From NCBI GenBank assembly GCA_965113315.1, contig OZ220367.1: DNA of 64,000 nt. One strand, written 5' to 3'. The stretch comes from Podarcis vaucheri (taxonomy: Eukaryota). This document shows, piece after piece, positions 50,946 to 63,308 of the stretch. Made by a program: the position numbers and the translations under genes. Under the pieces are notes generated by a model, which had not been told where the DNA came from, ran no database searches, and saw only the letters and a list, made by a program, of their open reading frames with translations. How positions within the stretch are numbered: the stretch's first letter is position 1; the number at the start of each line of letters is the position of its first letter.

Positions 50946-51914
50946 AAAAATAAAATGGTTCTAAAATGGGCTGGCACAAAGTAACTTTGTACAAGTGCCA
51001 TAATTATTAAGGATAGTTGATTGTCAAGATTAAATTTGAAAAATATTTCAGTAGTGTTAGACTTAAATGGTAGAAGTTTTGAATAAAACTGCACTGCCAT
51101 TACAAAATGCATATTTGTAGCATGTTTACTCAGAACAACCCCTCCCATGTTCAGTGGAGCTTACTCCAGGTAACTGTATATGATTAGAGTCTTAATTTTG
51201 CATTTGCTAAAAGAATTTTTCTGTCCACAAGTTCTTGTTGTTTGGTCAAAGAGTTACAATACAATACACCTATGTGGCTCCAACATTTCATTACATCTCA
51301 AATACTTTAGATTCACATACTTCTCTACAAAGAGGCAGTTTTGAAACAATTGTAATTATTTAATGGGTCAGGGTGTGACTCAAACTGCCAAAAAGAATCC
51401 ATATGTTACATCTCAATGTTCTTATTTGATTGCTCTAAATGGTTTTGAGGGCTTCAACCATCTACTGCAGACAAATGATAGATCTGTAAGTTGGTTATCA
51501 ATGAATCACTGTATTAAATGTGATTCCCCACCTCCCTAGACTTGCACAGTTTGGGCTTGGTTGGGGAGCAAAGGTCTCTTTTGATATTTTCTGAGCAGCC
51601 TAGGAGATATTGCTGCATGACTCCTTCCTGCACTATTGAGCTAACATGAGAAGCCATAAACCACTGAGAGGAATCTGTAATATGGCACTAAGGTGACCAT
51701 ATGTCCTGCTCTACAGAAGTCAGCACTATATTTCAAAGGCTGCCCAGTCCAAATTCAGTTTAAAGATAAAGAGCGGTATTCAACTAGGTTTTACGCAGTG
51801 CAGATGAACATGACTAAATTAGGTCCATGAACGTCAATGGATCTACCCTTAGCAAAACTTTGTTGAGTACTGCCCAAAGAACCATGAGCAGCATTAGAGG
51901 CAGTTGCATTAAAA

Positions 51915-52013
51915 CAGGCAATTCCCATCATCCCTGGCCACTGGTCCTGTTAGCTAGGGATGATGGGAGTTGTAGTCGCAAAACAGCTGGAGGGCCAAGT
52001 TTGGCCATGCCTG
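51915..52013. mobile_element. Internally deleted hAT MITE
   Basis: CAGGCA...TGCCTG termini; degenerate 8-bp TSD cattaaaa/cattagag. Confidence 0.75.
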
Positions 52014-52394
52014 CATTAGAGCAAATGAAGCACTGCTCCACCAAACCCAGTCTGTCCTCACCCAGCCCACACCTTCCTGCCTCTTTGGGGATCACTCACT
52101 GGTAAGGTTTGGGCTGAAAAGGACTATTCCTACTCTGCAGAGGAGGGGGGCATATTGAGATGATACACCTGCAAAGATGCATGGAAATGGGTGGATTCCT
52201 GAATGCTATAGGGAACACTCCAGTTGATGCTTCTGTTGAGATGGATGCTACATTTGCAGCAACCCCCATGAAGGAATCCATTAATACGGAATCAGTTTCA
52301 GCTACTGAGACCTTAGGATACAGCAAGCTACTTGAGAAGTGCAGCTGTCGACTTAACATTTTGATTATTGCCCATCTGGGCTTCTTACAGCTAT

Positions 52395-53185
52395 CTTAAG
52401 GGGACTGAATGGGAGGGTCCAGGGAATGATTAATGCTTCATTGGGGAGGTACTATCTGCTTTGAAGGGGGTGGTGGTGTGTCCTCTCCTTAAGAGAACTT
52501 CCTTGGACCCAGATGTATTGAACAACTATCATGCAGTGATGAATATGACCCCCACCCTTTTGTGGGGAGATGCTTGAGAACAAAGTAGAAGCCCAGCTTT
52601 AGGCATGTTTGGCGGAAAATGGTTATCTGAATCCCTATCAATCTGCCTTCAGGCTTAGCCATAACAATGAAGCTATCTTTAGTCGCTCTGGCTGATGGTA
52701 CTTGGGAGAAGGGACAGTGGGAGTGTGGTCCTGCACATTCTCCTTGAACTTTTTGCAGATTCCAGTACTATTCACCATGGAATCCTTGAAAGGCTCAGGG
52801 AGGTGGGTGGGGGAGGGACTGTACTTCAGTGGTTCCACTTCTATCTCCAGGGCCATTTCTAGAAAGTAGTTGTGGGGACATGTTTGTCACTATGGGGATA
52901 ACGGTATTCCTTCCCCACAGAGAGATGTCCACTATCTTCATTGTGCAACTTCTGCTGTAAGCTGAAGATGCCCCTCTTTATTCTGGCTTACGACAGTTAA
53001 GATATTTTGTTTTGTGGGACCCACCTCTTCTGCTAAAGTTCTACTGTTCTGTTCCAGCTAGAACAGTTTTATAATTGCCATGGTTTTACTTGTTGTCATA
53101 ATTGCATATTTTATAGTTATAACCTGCTGTGGGACCTTGTGGTGAGGGCTGGGTAAGAAATCTTATAAGCAGTAATAATTATAAT
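52395..53185 (+). mobile_element. Decayed L2 LINE ORF2 and 3' fragments
   Basis: Encodes PLLKRTSLDPDVLNNY...NGYLNPYQSAFR, an L2 RT N-terminal motif; L2-like tail near 53120-53185. Confidence 0.65.
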
Positions 53186-54363
53186 AACCTCTAAAGTGCA
53201 ATTAGCAGTTGTACTGCAGCTGCAATAGTTCTCAACCTACCTGGGTAGGACAAGTGCTAACAGACTCATATATTTTGCAACAAAGAGAAAGCGTGAACAA
53301 AGAGAACCACGTCTAGGCCTGTTTAGATAAACACATCCTGGCCACCAAGTAGAGCAGAAATGCTTTATTAGAAGGTCTTCAGTATTAAATGTTGTCATAA
53401 AATAATGGGGGGGGGATTTTAAAGCAGAAAAAACATAAAATAAATAAATAGAGACAATGTTAAGTACAGTATGTGTTCCCGGTCTGATGGTGTCCAGCTC
53501 TTCCCAGAGTTGTTTGTAATATAGCTTAAAATACTATGACAATAGCAGGAGCAGTGGGGGTTTCCAGTTGAAATTGCTAGTCTTGTTATGGCTGGCATGA
53601 GTCTTAATTACTGTTTCTTGCTTTTCCGAGGGAAATCCACTGAAGCAACAACACAGTTTTAGATATAAAATAAATAGATGAAACCGCAGCTCAGCAACAA
53701 CTGTAATTTGTTTTAGGGCCACATGCATATTTTACTTTATTTCCTAAAAGCCACAGCAGTGGAATTCCTTTATGAAATGTCTATTCCTCTGCCAAGGAAA
53801 ATTATGCTCTATAGTTTCTGGATGTATAAAATATATTAATTCAAAATTAAATATTCAGAATGGAAACACACAGAGAGACACTTATCCATTCAAACAGACT
53901 GTGCACAGGAAGAGAACCCAACAATTCTAGATTAAGTAGCAAGATTAAGGTCCTTAGGATAGAAATACAAGTTATAAGGGAAACATGGGATTCCAAGTCA
54001 CATTTGCTATGTAATGCTAACCAAGTGAAACCTGCAAAAAAATTACTGCAGTGCTCCAGTTCAGGGTCCTAGCCAGTCAGCCATACCGTATTTCAGCATA
54101 CTGTATTTCATTCACCCCTTTGTCTGATTTTCCATTTCCTCCCACTGGCCTGTTTTCTGGAACTCTCCCTCTTTAGGATTCCTAATTTTTGTACATCTAG
54201 AAAATTTGGGTTTCTCCCAAGGTTGCTGAAACATCTTCCTCTTGTGCATGGATGGCTTCCTTTTGACTGCATAGCAATACAATATAGCAAGTAAGTAGGT
54301 TGAAGAAAGTTGGGGTACTTTCAGGGGAGAACTGGCGAAGAGGAGTGCTTAATTCCTCGTAGT

Positions 54364-54530
54364 GAGGGCACAAGGAGAAGGGGACAACAGAGGACGAGAT
54401 GGTTGGACAGTGTTCTCGAAGCTACTAACATGAGTTTGACCAAACTGCGGGACGCAGTGGAAGACAGGAGTGCCTGGCGCGCTCTGGTCCATGGGGTCAC
54501 GAAGAGTCGGACACGACTAAACAACAACAA
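54364..54530 (+). mobile_element. BovB 3' fragment
   Basis: Closely similar to 23228-23402; (CAA)n tail. Confidence 0.9.
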
Positions 54531-54764
54531 AGTCTCATCAGTTACCTCTGCAGAACAGTAATGGCCCAGAGTAGGCAGGTACAGAGAAGACTCTGGGTGT
54601 GAAAAGGTTAAGCACCAATGTCACTTATCAGTTCTCCCCTGAAACTGTTACCTACCCCCACTTCCCTGTTATTTCAGCAAACATAGCACTGATAAGTATA
54701 TGTTTGCTAAGCTAACATCTAGTACATAGTGTACAAAAGTTTTTTTACATTTATAAAATACACA

Positions 54765-55200
54765 GATGGATGGACTAATCTGTCATTTTAAGTTTATCTC
54801 GGTTTCTCTTTTTTTCACTCTTAAATTTGGCGCTCCACATTTAAACACCAGTTTGAGATTTTCAGTCAGGAGAATTCATCAGCATTTTAGTGTGAGTTTT
54901 TCCTGATATACATTTATTTGTATATGTAATTTTGTCAATTATATGCATTTTTGAAAAGCCATTTCCCCTAATATAATGCATTTTATATGTTTCCTTTCAT
55001 GAATGTATGCATGTTGATGCACTGCTTACCTGTGTATATGCTATTTTGTACACATTACTTTGCGAGAGAACTCCACTGCAAAATTCATAGAAGTGTGTGT
55101 TTTGAAAGATGGCTATGTTTTGGCTCGCCATTTCAGAAAGTGCCATTTTGTCAGGTTTGCCTTTAAATGTGAACTGAATTATATTTCTCCACCATCCGTA
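54765..55200 (+). repeat. Old unclassified interspersed repeat (same family as 800-1140)
   Basis: Shared blocks with 40380-40685. Confidence 0.5.
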
Positions 55201-55214
55201 CGTGTGAGTGACTT

Positions 55215-55325
55215 GTCTATGGTGAGATCAACAAACTCCAGATGATCTCAGAAGCTAAGCAGGGTCAGGCCTGGTTAGTACTTGGATGGGAGACTGCCTG
55301 AGAATATCGGGTCTCACAAGGCTTA
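55215..55325 (+). pseudogene. 5S rRNA-derived sequence (pseudogene or SINE head)
   Basis: gtctatgg...tgatctcagaagctaagcagggtcaggcctggttagtacttggatgggagactgcctgagaatatcgggt...aggctt follows vertebrate 5S rRNA with CpG decay; 5' third diverged. Confidence 0.85.
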
Positions 55326-55899
55326 GCTGCTGGGATAGCTCAGTCGGTAGACCATGAGCAGCGTTCGAAACTCCCCATTGTTGTAGGTGTGTTTTGTGAC
55401 AGGGAATTACATTAATGTGCACAGTTTCTGAGCTCTGGGTTCAGTTCTGCAGCTAAGATTTCAGATTAAAACTGCCACTGCTGGAAGGAAAGGAGGACTT
55501 ATTTCCTGCCTCCACACTTCCAGCCAATCTCTGAAGACTGGAGAAGGGACCCTCATAAGAATACTGGGGGACGGGCAGAGGAAGTATGGCTTTGGGGTTT
55601 TTTTGCAGTCTTCAGATGAGGACTAGACCATGTGAAAAATGAACATATGATTTTAGCTGCAGTTCATTCATTTTCAGGTTGTTATTAAAAAAAAGCACGC
55701 CAAGACACTCCACTGTCGTGCCCATAACCTAGGTTTAAGGTGCCATTTAGCTCCTAGCTTTCATATCTCAGTTTCTAACACTGAGCATGAGACTCTTAAT
55801 CTCAGGGTCATGGGTCCAAGCCTAGTGTTGGGCAAAAAATTCCTGCATTGCAGGGGGTTGGACTAGATTACCCTTCCAACTGTACAGTTCTATGGTCTA
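55326..55899 (+). mobile_element. tRNA-Lys(CTT)-headed SINE with CR1 tail, split by a hAT insertion
   Basis: gggatagctcagtcggtag|agcatgagactcttaatctcagggtcatggg...attcctgcattgcagggggttggactagat...cccttccaact. Confidence 0.8.
55359..55783. mobile_element. Non-autonomous hAT transposon (425 bp)
   Basis: TIR CAGCGTTCGAAACT / AGTTTCTAACACTG (12/14); 8-bp TSD accatgag/agcatgag within the tRNA head. Confidence 0.78.
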
Positions 55900-57085
55900 A
55901 GGAATTCATTGTAGTTTTGCTTTCTACTGCTATGAGCAAAGACACCACGTCTTGAATTTTTACTGATAGGACAGTTTTCCCCAGCTCGTGCGACATGTAA
56001 TATTTCAACAATATATAATGCCAAATAATTTGTAAAGGATATATGAGAATCATGTTAAATATTTCAATGTATCATAACACTAGCAGAAAATCAATCTATT
56101 ATTATTAGCATTCCATGAATATGGCAAAATAAATGATTGTTAATGCTGTTTAAACATTTCTTTAAATTGCTGCTATCTGATCTCCATTGCTCATTCTAAT
56201 TATCAATCCAGCAGGGAGGATGCAAATTATGGTTAACTAAGCAGTGAGATCCCAATTGGAACTGAGTCAGCATTCTTCCAATTATGCCTGCTTATCCACT
56301 ATGCCTCAACCTGAGCTATCTCTTCCTTGGGAGCCATAAAGCATGTATAATTTTCAGGGAATGTGACACCATGACCATTTTTTAAGGAAGAGTAATTATT
56401 GAATAGTTGTTACAGTATAAACCATTAAGAATGAGTTCAAATGTTCAAGACTGCAACAAAAAGTATGCTGTTTTAAGTAGCTGATAATACCATGTTTTAA
56501 AACCTGAGATGCAAATACGATATCATTTTCTTTCACTGGGCCTAGAAGCCTAGCTGATCTGTCTTCCATTTTAAAATTTTGTATGCACTAATTCAGAAGT
56601 GCACCTAAATTTTAAGTTAAAGGAGAAAACATAAATAAATCTAGTTTCCTCACACAACTTTTTTTCAGGAAAACAATCCTATAAACAATTTAGAGATCCT
56701 GAATTCTGTCCTGCAAGTTCAGGACACTGCAAGAACTACAATCTAAATGACATCAACACTTGTAAGTGTAAGAACTCAGGAACTGTTGTTCTGATTGAGA
56801 TCCCCAATGACCCAGAGCTCAGATCAACACACTTAAGACGGGAACATCCAGAACAGAATATCCAGACCCAGACTAGATACAAGTGAATTATCCTTAAAGT
56901 TTGAAAACCACAGAAAGAACACCACAATACTACTTACTAAATGGTGCTGTACAAATGACATTTACACTTACATTTCAGCTTTTCCATGTCAAAGCCTTTG
57001 AGGCTGTATTGGTAATAAGAGGGCTGAACAATTACGGTAAGTAAAGAGAGATCAGCTTGACCTCTGCATTTTTGCAGGGGATTTT

Positions 57086-57222
57086 GTAGAGATGGAAGAT
57101 ACCTCAAGGATCATTCTAGCCCAACCCCCTGCAATGTAAGAATCCGGCCCACAGCTGCCCCGGGTGGGCTCGAACCACCAACATTCTGGTTAACAGCCAG
57201 ACACACTGATGCATTGCACCAC
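57086..57222 (-). mobile_element. tRNA-Asn-headed SINE with CR1-derived tail
   Basis: Minus strand gtggtgcaat...tggctgttaaccagaatgttggtggttcgagcccacccgggg matches tRNA-Asn(GTT); then attcttacattgcagggggttgggctaga. Confidence 0.75.
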
Positions 57223-58542
57223 AATAAATTCATTGGCCATTTAGACTTTTACATTTGGAGTGCTAAAGGGCATCACTTCAGTTCCTATTATACGACTGAA
57301 ATACCCTATTGCAAAATGGCATTACAACAATAATGTAAAAAAACAACAACAGATGAATGAACACAATGCTTTATGCTGTGGCCACCTGTATAACAAGTCA
57401 CACAAATGTTGAATTTAAAATCCCTGATAATGAAGTTCACATGTTTATCAAGGAGCCACCAGTAAGACAGTAGCTGTTACACAACACCAAAAATTTAAGT
57501 AGTGTCACAGGATAGCGCTGCAAAGCGTATATTCAAAATGTAACAGAATTCCGGGGGGTTTTTTCCTGTGCAAAATATATTGGCTAGCTACCTTTCACAA
57601 AGTGTAGGGGTGGGAGGCTGAGTTGGCCTGGACAGGTTAGGGGTGGCGGCACACATGTGACATCATGCACATACGATGTGTGTCCCCCGTCCCCCCATGT
57701 TGGGGGCAACTCGATGCATCTGCTTTGCGATCAGAGAGAGCAAAGTTCACTGAAATACACTAAGGACTAAAAACAAGACTGGATGACATGGCTTGCTTGT
57801 TAAAGAGGAATGTGTTGTTTTGTATCTTGTAATGTTTATTTGTTTTAAGACTCTTCTGCAGTAAAGCTTTGGAACTCATTTTTGTGGTGGCGAGCAAATT
57901 CATTTCTACTCTGCACAAGGTCTGGATCAAGGATTCCGTTGCAGCAACTCTAACGTGCAGGACCACCAGAAGGCATACAAGTCTTTTTGATATAGAAAAG
58001 AATGCATAGGTGGGAGCTGCTGAAGTTCCCTTCATTACAGGCATATGTTTAAGGTGGGTTCTTAGTGGAAAGGCAGCATGTGTGGAGGGCAGGCTTATCT
58101 CTTCATTCCCCCACCGTGATAGGATGGAGGACTACCTGTTCGCATGAACAGTCAGAAAAGAACTCAACCTCCCCTCCCTGCACACTGTCTTCCCAGTAAT
58201 ATTCATCCTGCTTGTCTGTAATTAAGGGGAAACAAAATATATGGCTGCCTGCTACGTATTAAGCAAATGTCTGGTTTGGCCCACACTTGCAAAGGTAAAG
58301 GTAAAGGTAAAGGTAGGGACAGGGCAGGCAGCAGAGACTGGCAGATTCTACCAGAAGGAGTGTAGCTGATACCAAATGACTACAAATTCAAATGTGTGCA
58401 GAAAGTAAAAATAATATTGCTGAATCTAAAATCCCAATGTTTGCCTCTATTTTGACAAAAAAGAATCCGGATGCCTAAATATTCAGTGACCTTTCTCGTT
58501 CTACTTGAGATCTTTGGAAGATAAAGTTGGTATATAAATGTA

Positions 58543-59055
58543 CAGTGGTACCTCGGTTTAAGAACAGCCCTGTTTACGAACGATTCGGTTTACAAACTCC
58601 GCAAAACCCGGAAGTGTTAAGTTGTGGGTGAACATATCAGACGACACAGCGATTCTTCAAACAGCTCTTGTTTATTCACAGGCCAGAACAGAACTGAACT
58701 GAAGGGTTCAGCCAGCCTTCTTATATAGAGCTCCACTACAATGCAACAGTAACAACTTTCTGTAACTATCCAATCACTGAACGTCACTTTCAATTCCTTA
58801 TTTGCATATGTGGACCTGAGTGAAAACTATCTACAGTATCCCCCCCTGCTGGCCCAGGGTGAGAACTTCAGTACATAACAGGAAGTAGCGTCCCGGTTTG
58901 CAAACTTTACCTCGGTCTAAGAACGGAATCCGAACGGTGGAAGGGCACTGGCAGCGGAAGGCCTCATTAGGGAAAGTGCGCCTCGGTTTAAGAACGGTTT
59001 CAGTTTAAGAACGGACTTCCGGAACTGATTAAGTTCGTAAACCAAGGTACCACTG
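58543..59055. mobile_element. Tigger-like MITE (subfamily 2) interrupted by a solo LTR
   Basis: TA|CAGTGGTACCTCGGTTTA ... AAACCAAGGTACCACTG|TA; uninterrupted homologue at 63309-63549. Confidence 0.9.
58615..58880 (-). mobile_element. Solo LTR (266 bp)
   Basis: TGTTA...TAACA termini; perfect 5-bp TSD GGAAG; minus-strand TATATAA (58721-58727) and AATAAA (58671-58676). Confidence 0.85.
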
Positions 59056-59083
59056 TAATATAAAATAAAAATAAAATGCTACA

Positions 59084-59840
59084 TGTCAGAGCTGCTTCCA
59101 GATCCTAGCTCACAGAGGATCACGCTAGCCAGCGTTCACTTTATAAAAGTCTTTATTGAGTTACAGTTTCCATTTCCAAGCTGCAGCGTGCAGCCCTACG
59201 TCTTAGAAGCTAGACCGGCGAAGCTCCGTCTGAGTCCCCGCCTCCTGTACACCAACTTAATACCCTAGCCTTACTCCACCTTTTCCGCCTGACCGTTCTT
59301 CTCTGGGTCCCTCTGCCCCCCGTGGTCTCTTCCTTCCTGGACTCTTCTGACGCTGACCCCCCGGACCCTTCTGTCTCTTTGTGGCGGGCTTTAGGACCTG
59401 GCTCCCTTTCCGGGCTGCTTACTGCGCCACCTTCCTGTGCATTTGAACTTGGCGCGCGCGCCCAACCTTCCACTTTCCGCTTGACCGTTTCTTCGCTCCC
59501 CGATGGAGGTGTGGCCACTCCTGACTCATACCCTCCCCCCTGCGGCGAGCCGCCGGATCTCGATACCTGGCGCCCTTCCTCTCCACTGCGCTCTGTTGGG
59601 GACGCTGGCCCCGATTTCCAACTGCTGCTCTCTGAACCCCCTCTGGTCCCTTCTTCCTGGGGTGTCCCCCTAGGCTCCCCCCTTGCTCTGGCCACTGGCG
59701 CTCCTTTCTGTGAATCTTCCGATTCACTGGAAAGACTCGGAGATCTCGGGTCGTCGTCATCACTCATCTTTTCTTCGGACTCCTCCCCCTCGCTCTCTGT
59801 TTCCTCCCTTGCCCTCGCCTCTGCTCCTGAACCCCTGACA
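59084..59840 (-). mobile_element. Solo LTR (757 bp, Ty3/gypsy-like) containing a long ORF
   Basis: TGTCAG...CTGACA termini; perfect 5-bp TSD CTACA; minus-strand AATAAA at 59152-59157; ORF 59210-59848. Confidence 0.85.
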
Positions 59841-61944
59841 CTACACAAGAATATAAGTCATTACAGGAAAAAATATACGGTTCTTGTAGTTCACTGGAAT
59901 GCAAAGCATAATCAATAATGATGAAGAATATTTGAACAACAAAATTATCCTCACTACTTTTCAGTGTACTATCAATGCCACCACGCTAATCATTTCCAAA
60001 AGATATGAAGTATTGGCAACTGTTAAAAGGAAAGCTGGTAGGAAAACTGTTTTAGTATATTTTAACACGCTGTCAGTTACAGTTAATCTTCATTCTGTAC
60101 TGGACTGATTTCTATACCTTCAGCTTAATGAGAACATGTTGTTGCTAAGACACTGCCACTCCATGTGATACATCACTCACTCACTGGTACAGAAGTTGAA
60201 TTCTGGGAGGAATTGCTGCTGTGTTTATACTTTAAAAGATATATAGAGTGGCAAGATCATCAATATATATGACCATCGATAACAATATAATGCTCAAGTA
60301 AAGGTGGGAGAAATTTCTCTGAATTTGTTGTGATAGATCGGGAAAGTGCCTGTGATGCCTATGCCATTGTTCCCCCTCACATCTTTTTCAACCGTTTCTG
60401 CATCATGATTTATATTTTATTATTCTGAGTAATTAATATGATTTAAGTCTGATTCCATTTCCAGGAAGAAACATTCATTTCCTGAAGAGTTCCCTTTGCT
60501 TTCAGACAATAAATGGGTTTAAGTCCAAGAAATTACTCATCTTTTTTACAGCAAGATATCCGAGAACTCATGCAGTCTACTCCTTATGATGGGTTCATGA
60601 CCCAATGTACTTCGCTAGATAGATGTGTGCAGGAACATTTGTTTTGCATGCATACACACACACCACTAAGATGTAGACCCCTTTTTGTTGTGTGGATTTA
60701 AAATTATATTACTGTTGAAATCATGAGGTGATATCCAAGAAGAAGAAGCCAATATTTTAAAATGTGCCAAGTAGGATATAAAACTTGTACTCAGTAAAAT
60801 CCAGATTACTAAAGGCTGCTTTCAATGTGCTGGTGATACAATTGTAGGCAATTCAGTGAAAGCAGGTTCCACAAGCTGGCAGGTTTCAGACTCACTTTCC
60901 CTATTCATAACAGATGAAATTATTCTTTGATTTGGCAAGTATGGATATGAGGCTCCCATAGATAGTATTAAACTTGATGATTTCTTCAAGCATTTTGCAA
61001 CTAACCTTAAGACAGGCGTTAAAAATGGATTGAATGGGGAAACCAATTATCTACAAAGGACATCATGTATTGTGAGAGAAAATTACTATTTTGGACCCAA
61101 CTACAGTGCAGATTCAGATATTTTGAAAGAATGTGCACAGTAATGAAATTAGTAAGAAAAAGGTTAAACAGAAGATATGCTGGTAATAAAAAACATTTGC
61201 CTTATCTCTAGCTAGCATTTATGCTGTTGCTTAGTTTACTCTCCCATATTTTAAGGATATTTTTTGTATTCCCTGAAGAATAGTTTATTTTCCTGAACAC
61301 AGCTGATAACTGTTTGACTGCCAGCATAATCTTTAAAAGATAAAATCTTTCTGCTCATGCTGTGCTCATGGACAGCAGAGTATATCCAAGTCTGCTTTTA
61401 CTTGGAACAAATTTTGTAGATGCATGTATAGTATTTCTTTCAAAGGTGCTGCACGATTTTCATAGGCGCAGTAGACATTTACTAATAGACTTTTTAAATA
61501 CAAGGCAAGGGATAACATTTAGCATAATGGCATAAACACTTGAATGACTCCTGATAGGTTGACCAAAATGGGAAAATAAACCTCATTAGACTACTACTGT
61601 TAAACCACAAGCATGTTTGATTTTTGTTTGGGGAGCTGATACTTCTGCACATCTCTCAAATTATAAGTTTGTTTTGTCTTACTAAACAGTATTATCTTGT
61701 CCTTGACAATGCACCCATACAATGGCCCCACCTTGTGTGAAGAGCCAATAGTATATGCTAAACTGGCCACCATGTGCTCTTGATGATCTTGTAGGCTGGT
61801 TTCAAGCTCCAGTGTTTTTAGTTATTGTTACTGTTCTATTTACATTTATTACCTGCCCTTCACTCTAAGGTCCTAGGGCAGGCTACAATCAGAACACCAC
61901 TGAAGTTAATACAGACAATCAAATAACTTAAAACAGCTTCCATA

Positions 61945-62171
61945 TAGTGGTATCTCGGGTTAAGTACTTAATTCATTCCGGAGGTCTGTTTTTAACCTGA
62001 AACTGTTCCTAACCTGAAGCACCACTTTAGCTAATGGGGCCTCCTGCTGCCGCTGCGCCACCAGAGCACGATTTCTGTTCTCATCCTGAAGCAAAGTTCT
62101 TAACCCGAGGTAATATTTCTGGGTTAGCGGAGTCTATAACCTGAAGCATATGTAATCTGAAGGTACCACTG
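61945..62171. mobile_element. Tigger-like MITE (subfamily 1)
   Basis: Same body as 36287; TA flanks. Confidence 0.88.
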
Positions 62172-63203
62172 TATTTTTGAAAAGTATGAAGTACTATTGT
62201 TTTTAGTTAATAATATGCCACATTCATTTGTGCAAGATTCAGCAGGAGTAAGTAACTATGCTTGGTGGCTTACTGGATGGTGCAGTAATTTTAGTCATAA
62301 GGCAACTTGCGGAGCAGTAACATTAATTACCAAACCTATGGTTCTACTCTCTGAAATAGAAGAGTTGTTTGCTTAAGGCTCGTTCACATTATTGATGGCT
62401 AGAAATCTTACATGTGCAGTGGGCAGCAAGGATGCATGTGGTCATCACTGCACATAAAATATAACAGCGTGTGTGAATGCATACACCTGTATGCTAAATT
62501 TTCAGTATTCTTGCCCTATGAAAGAGAGGATAATAGAAGCGAGCGTATGTGTCACTACTCCAGTGCCCCATTGATTTATAGATCTTGCAAAACAGGCACA
62601 GAACCAAATGCCACTCAAATCAGCCTCTCTTGCCAAGTCACTTTCTCTCAGTCACTTGTTGTCCAGAACCATGAAAGATGTTTGTGGTTTAGTCTGTTTT
62701 CATATCCATGTGCCCTTCTCAGTGTTTTTCATGAGTTCAGTGGACATGCATATGAGGGTGTGGTGCTACTATGGAGAGAATCAGAGGGGGACAAGGGAGC
62801 AAGCACCCCTTCAAACAAGAAACTTGCCTCTCACCTGAGCCCCCAGCCACCCAATTGCACTCATTAACATATACTGCTATTTTTCTTTCAGAGATCTTAA
62901 CATGTGAGACACAACTTGCCCACCTAGAAATATACTTTGCCCCTTGCCCCATTCTTTTCCTTCTGGTGCCAGCACTAAACACTGCAGGAACAAGCTCTGT
63001 CCTAAGTCTCTATACATTAATTGTAGTGTCTGAAAAGAGACATCAATGCACAACTAGAAAACTTCTTTGAATGTATGGAGAGAACTCTGTACATACAAGT
63101 ATATGTACAGGGTTCACTTCGGACCATACAGTAACTACGCATAATGCTGCAAAACAGAACCCATGTGTTGACTGAACAGAGGAAGATCTCTAAAAGGGGC
63201 TAT

Positions 63204-63282
63204 TGTTGTTGTTGTTGTTTAGTCGTGTCCGACTCTTCGTGACCTCATGGACCAGAGCACGCCAGGCACTTCTGTCTTTCAC
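63204..63282 (-). mobile_element. Very short BovB 3' end insertion
   Basis: (TTG)n-tttagtcgtgtccgactcttcgtgacc; 6-bp TSD GGCTAT. Confidence 0.85.
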
Positions 63283-63308
63283 GGCTATAGTCAGACTTGT
63301 TGTATATA

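Noticed and set aside
55215-55325. Functional 5S rRNA or tRNA genes
   Set aside because: Diverged 5' end, CpG decay, no tandem context; the tRNA-like heads are mutated and joined to LINE tails.
58292-58320. (AAAGGT)n run
   Set aside because: Probably just a Sauria SINE tail remnant; too short to call.
60781-61143. About 120 plus-strand codons with a single internal stop (possible pseudogene or viral relic)
   Set aside because: No recognisable motif; flanking sequence in the same frame has frequent stops; such runs are expected by chance in 64 kb.
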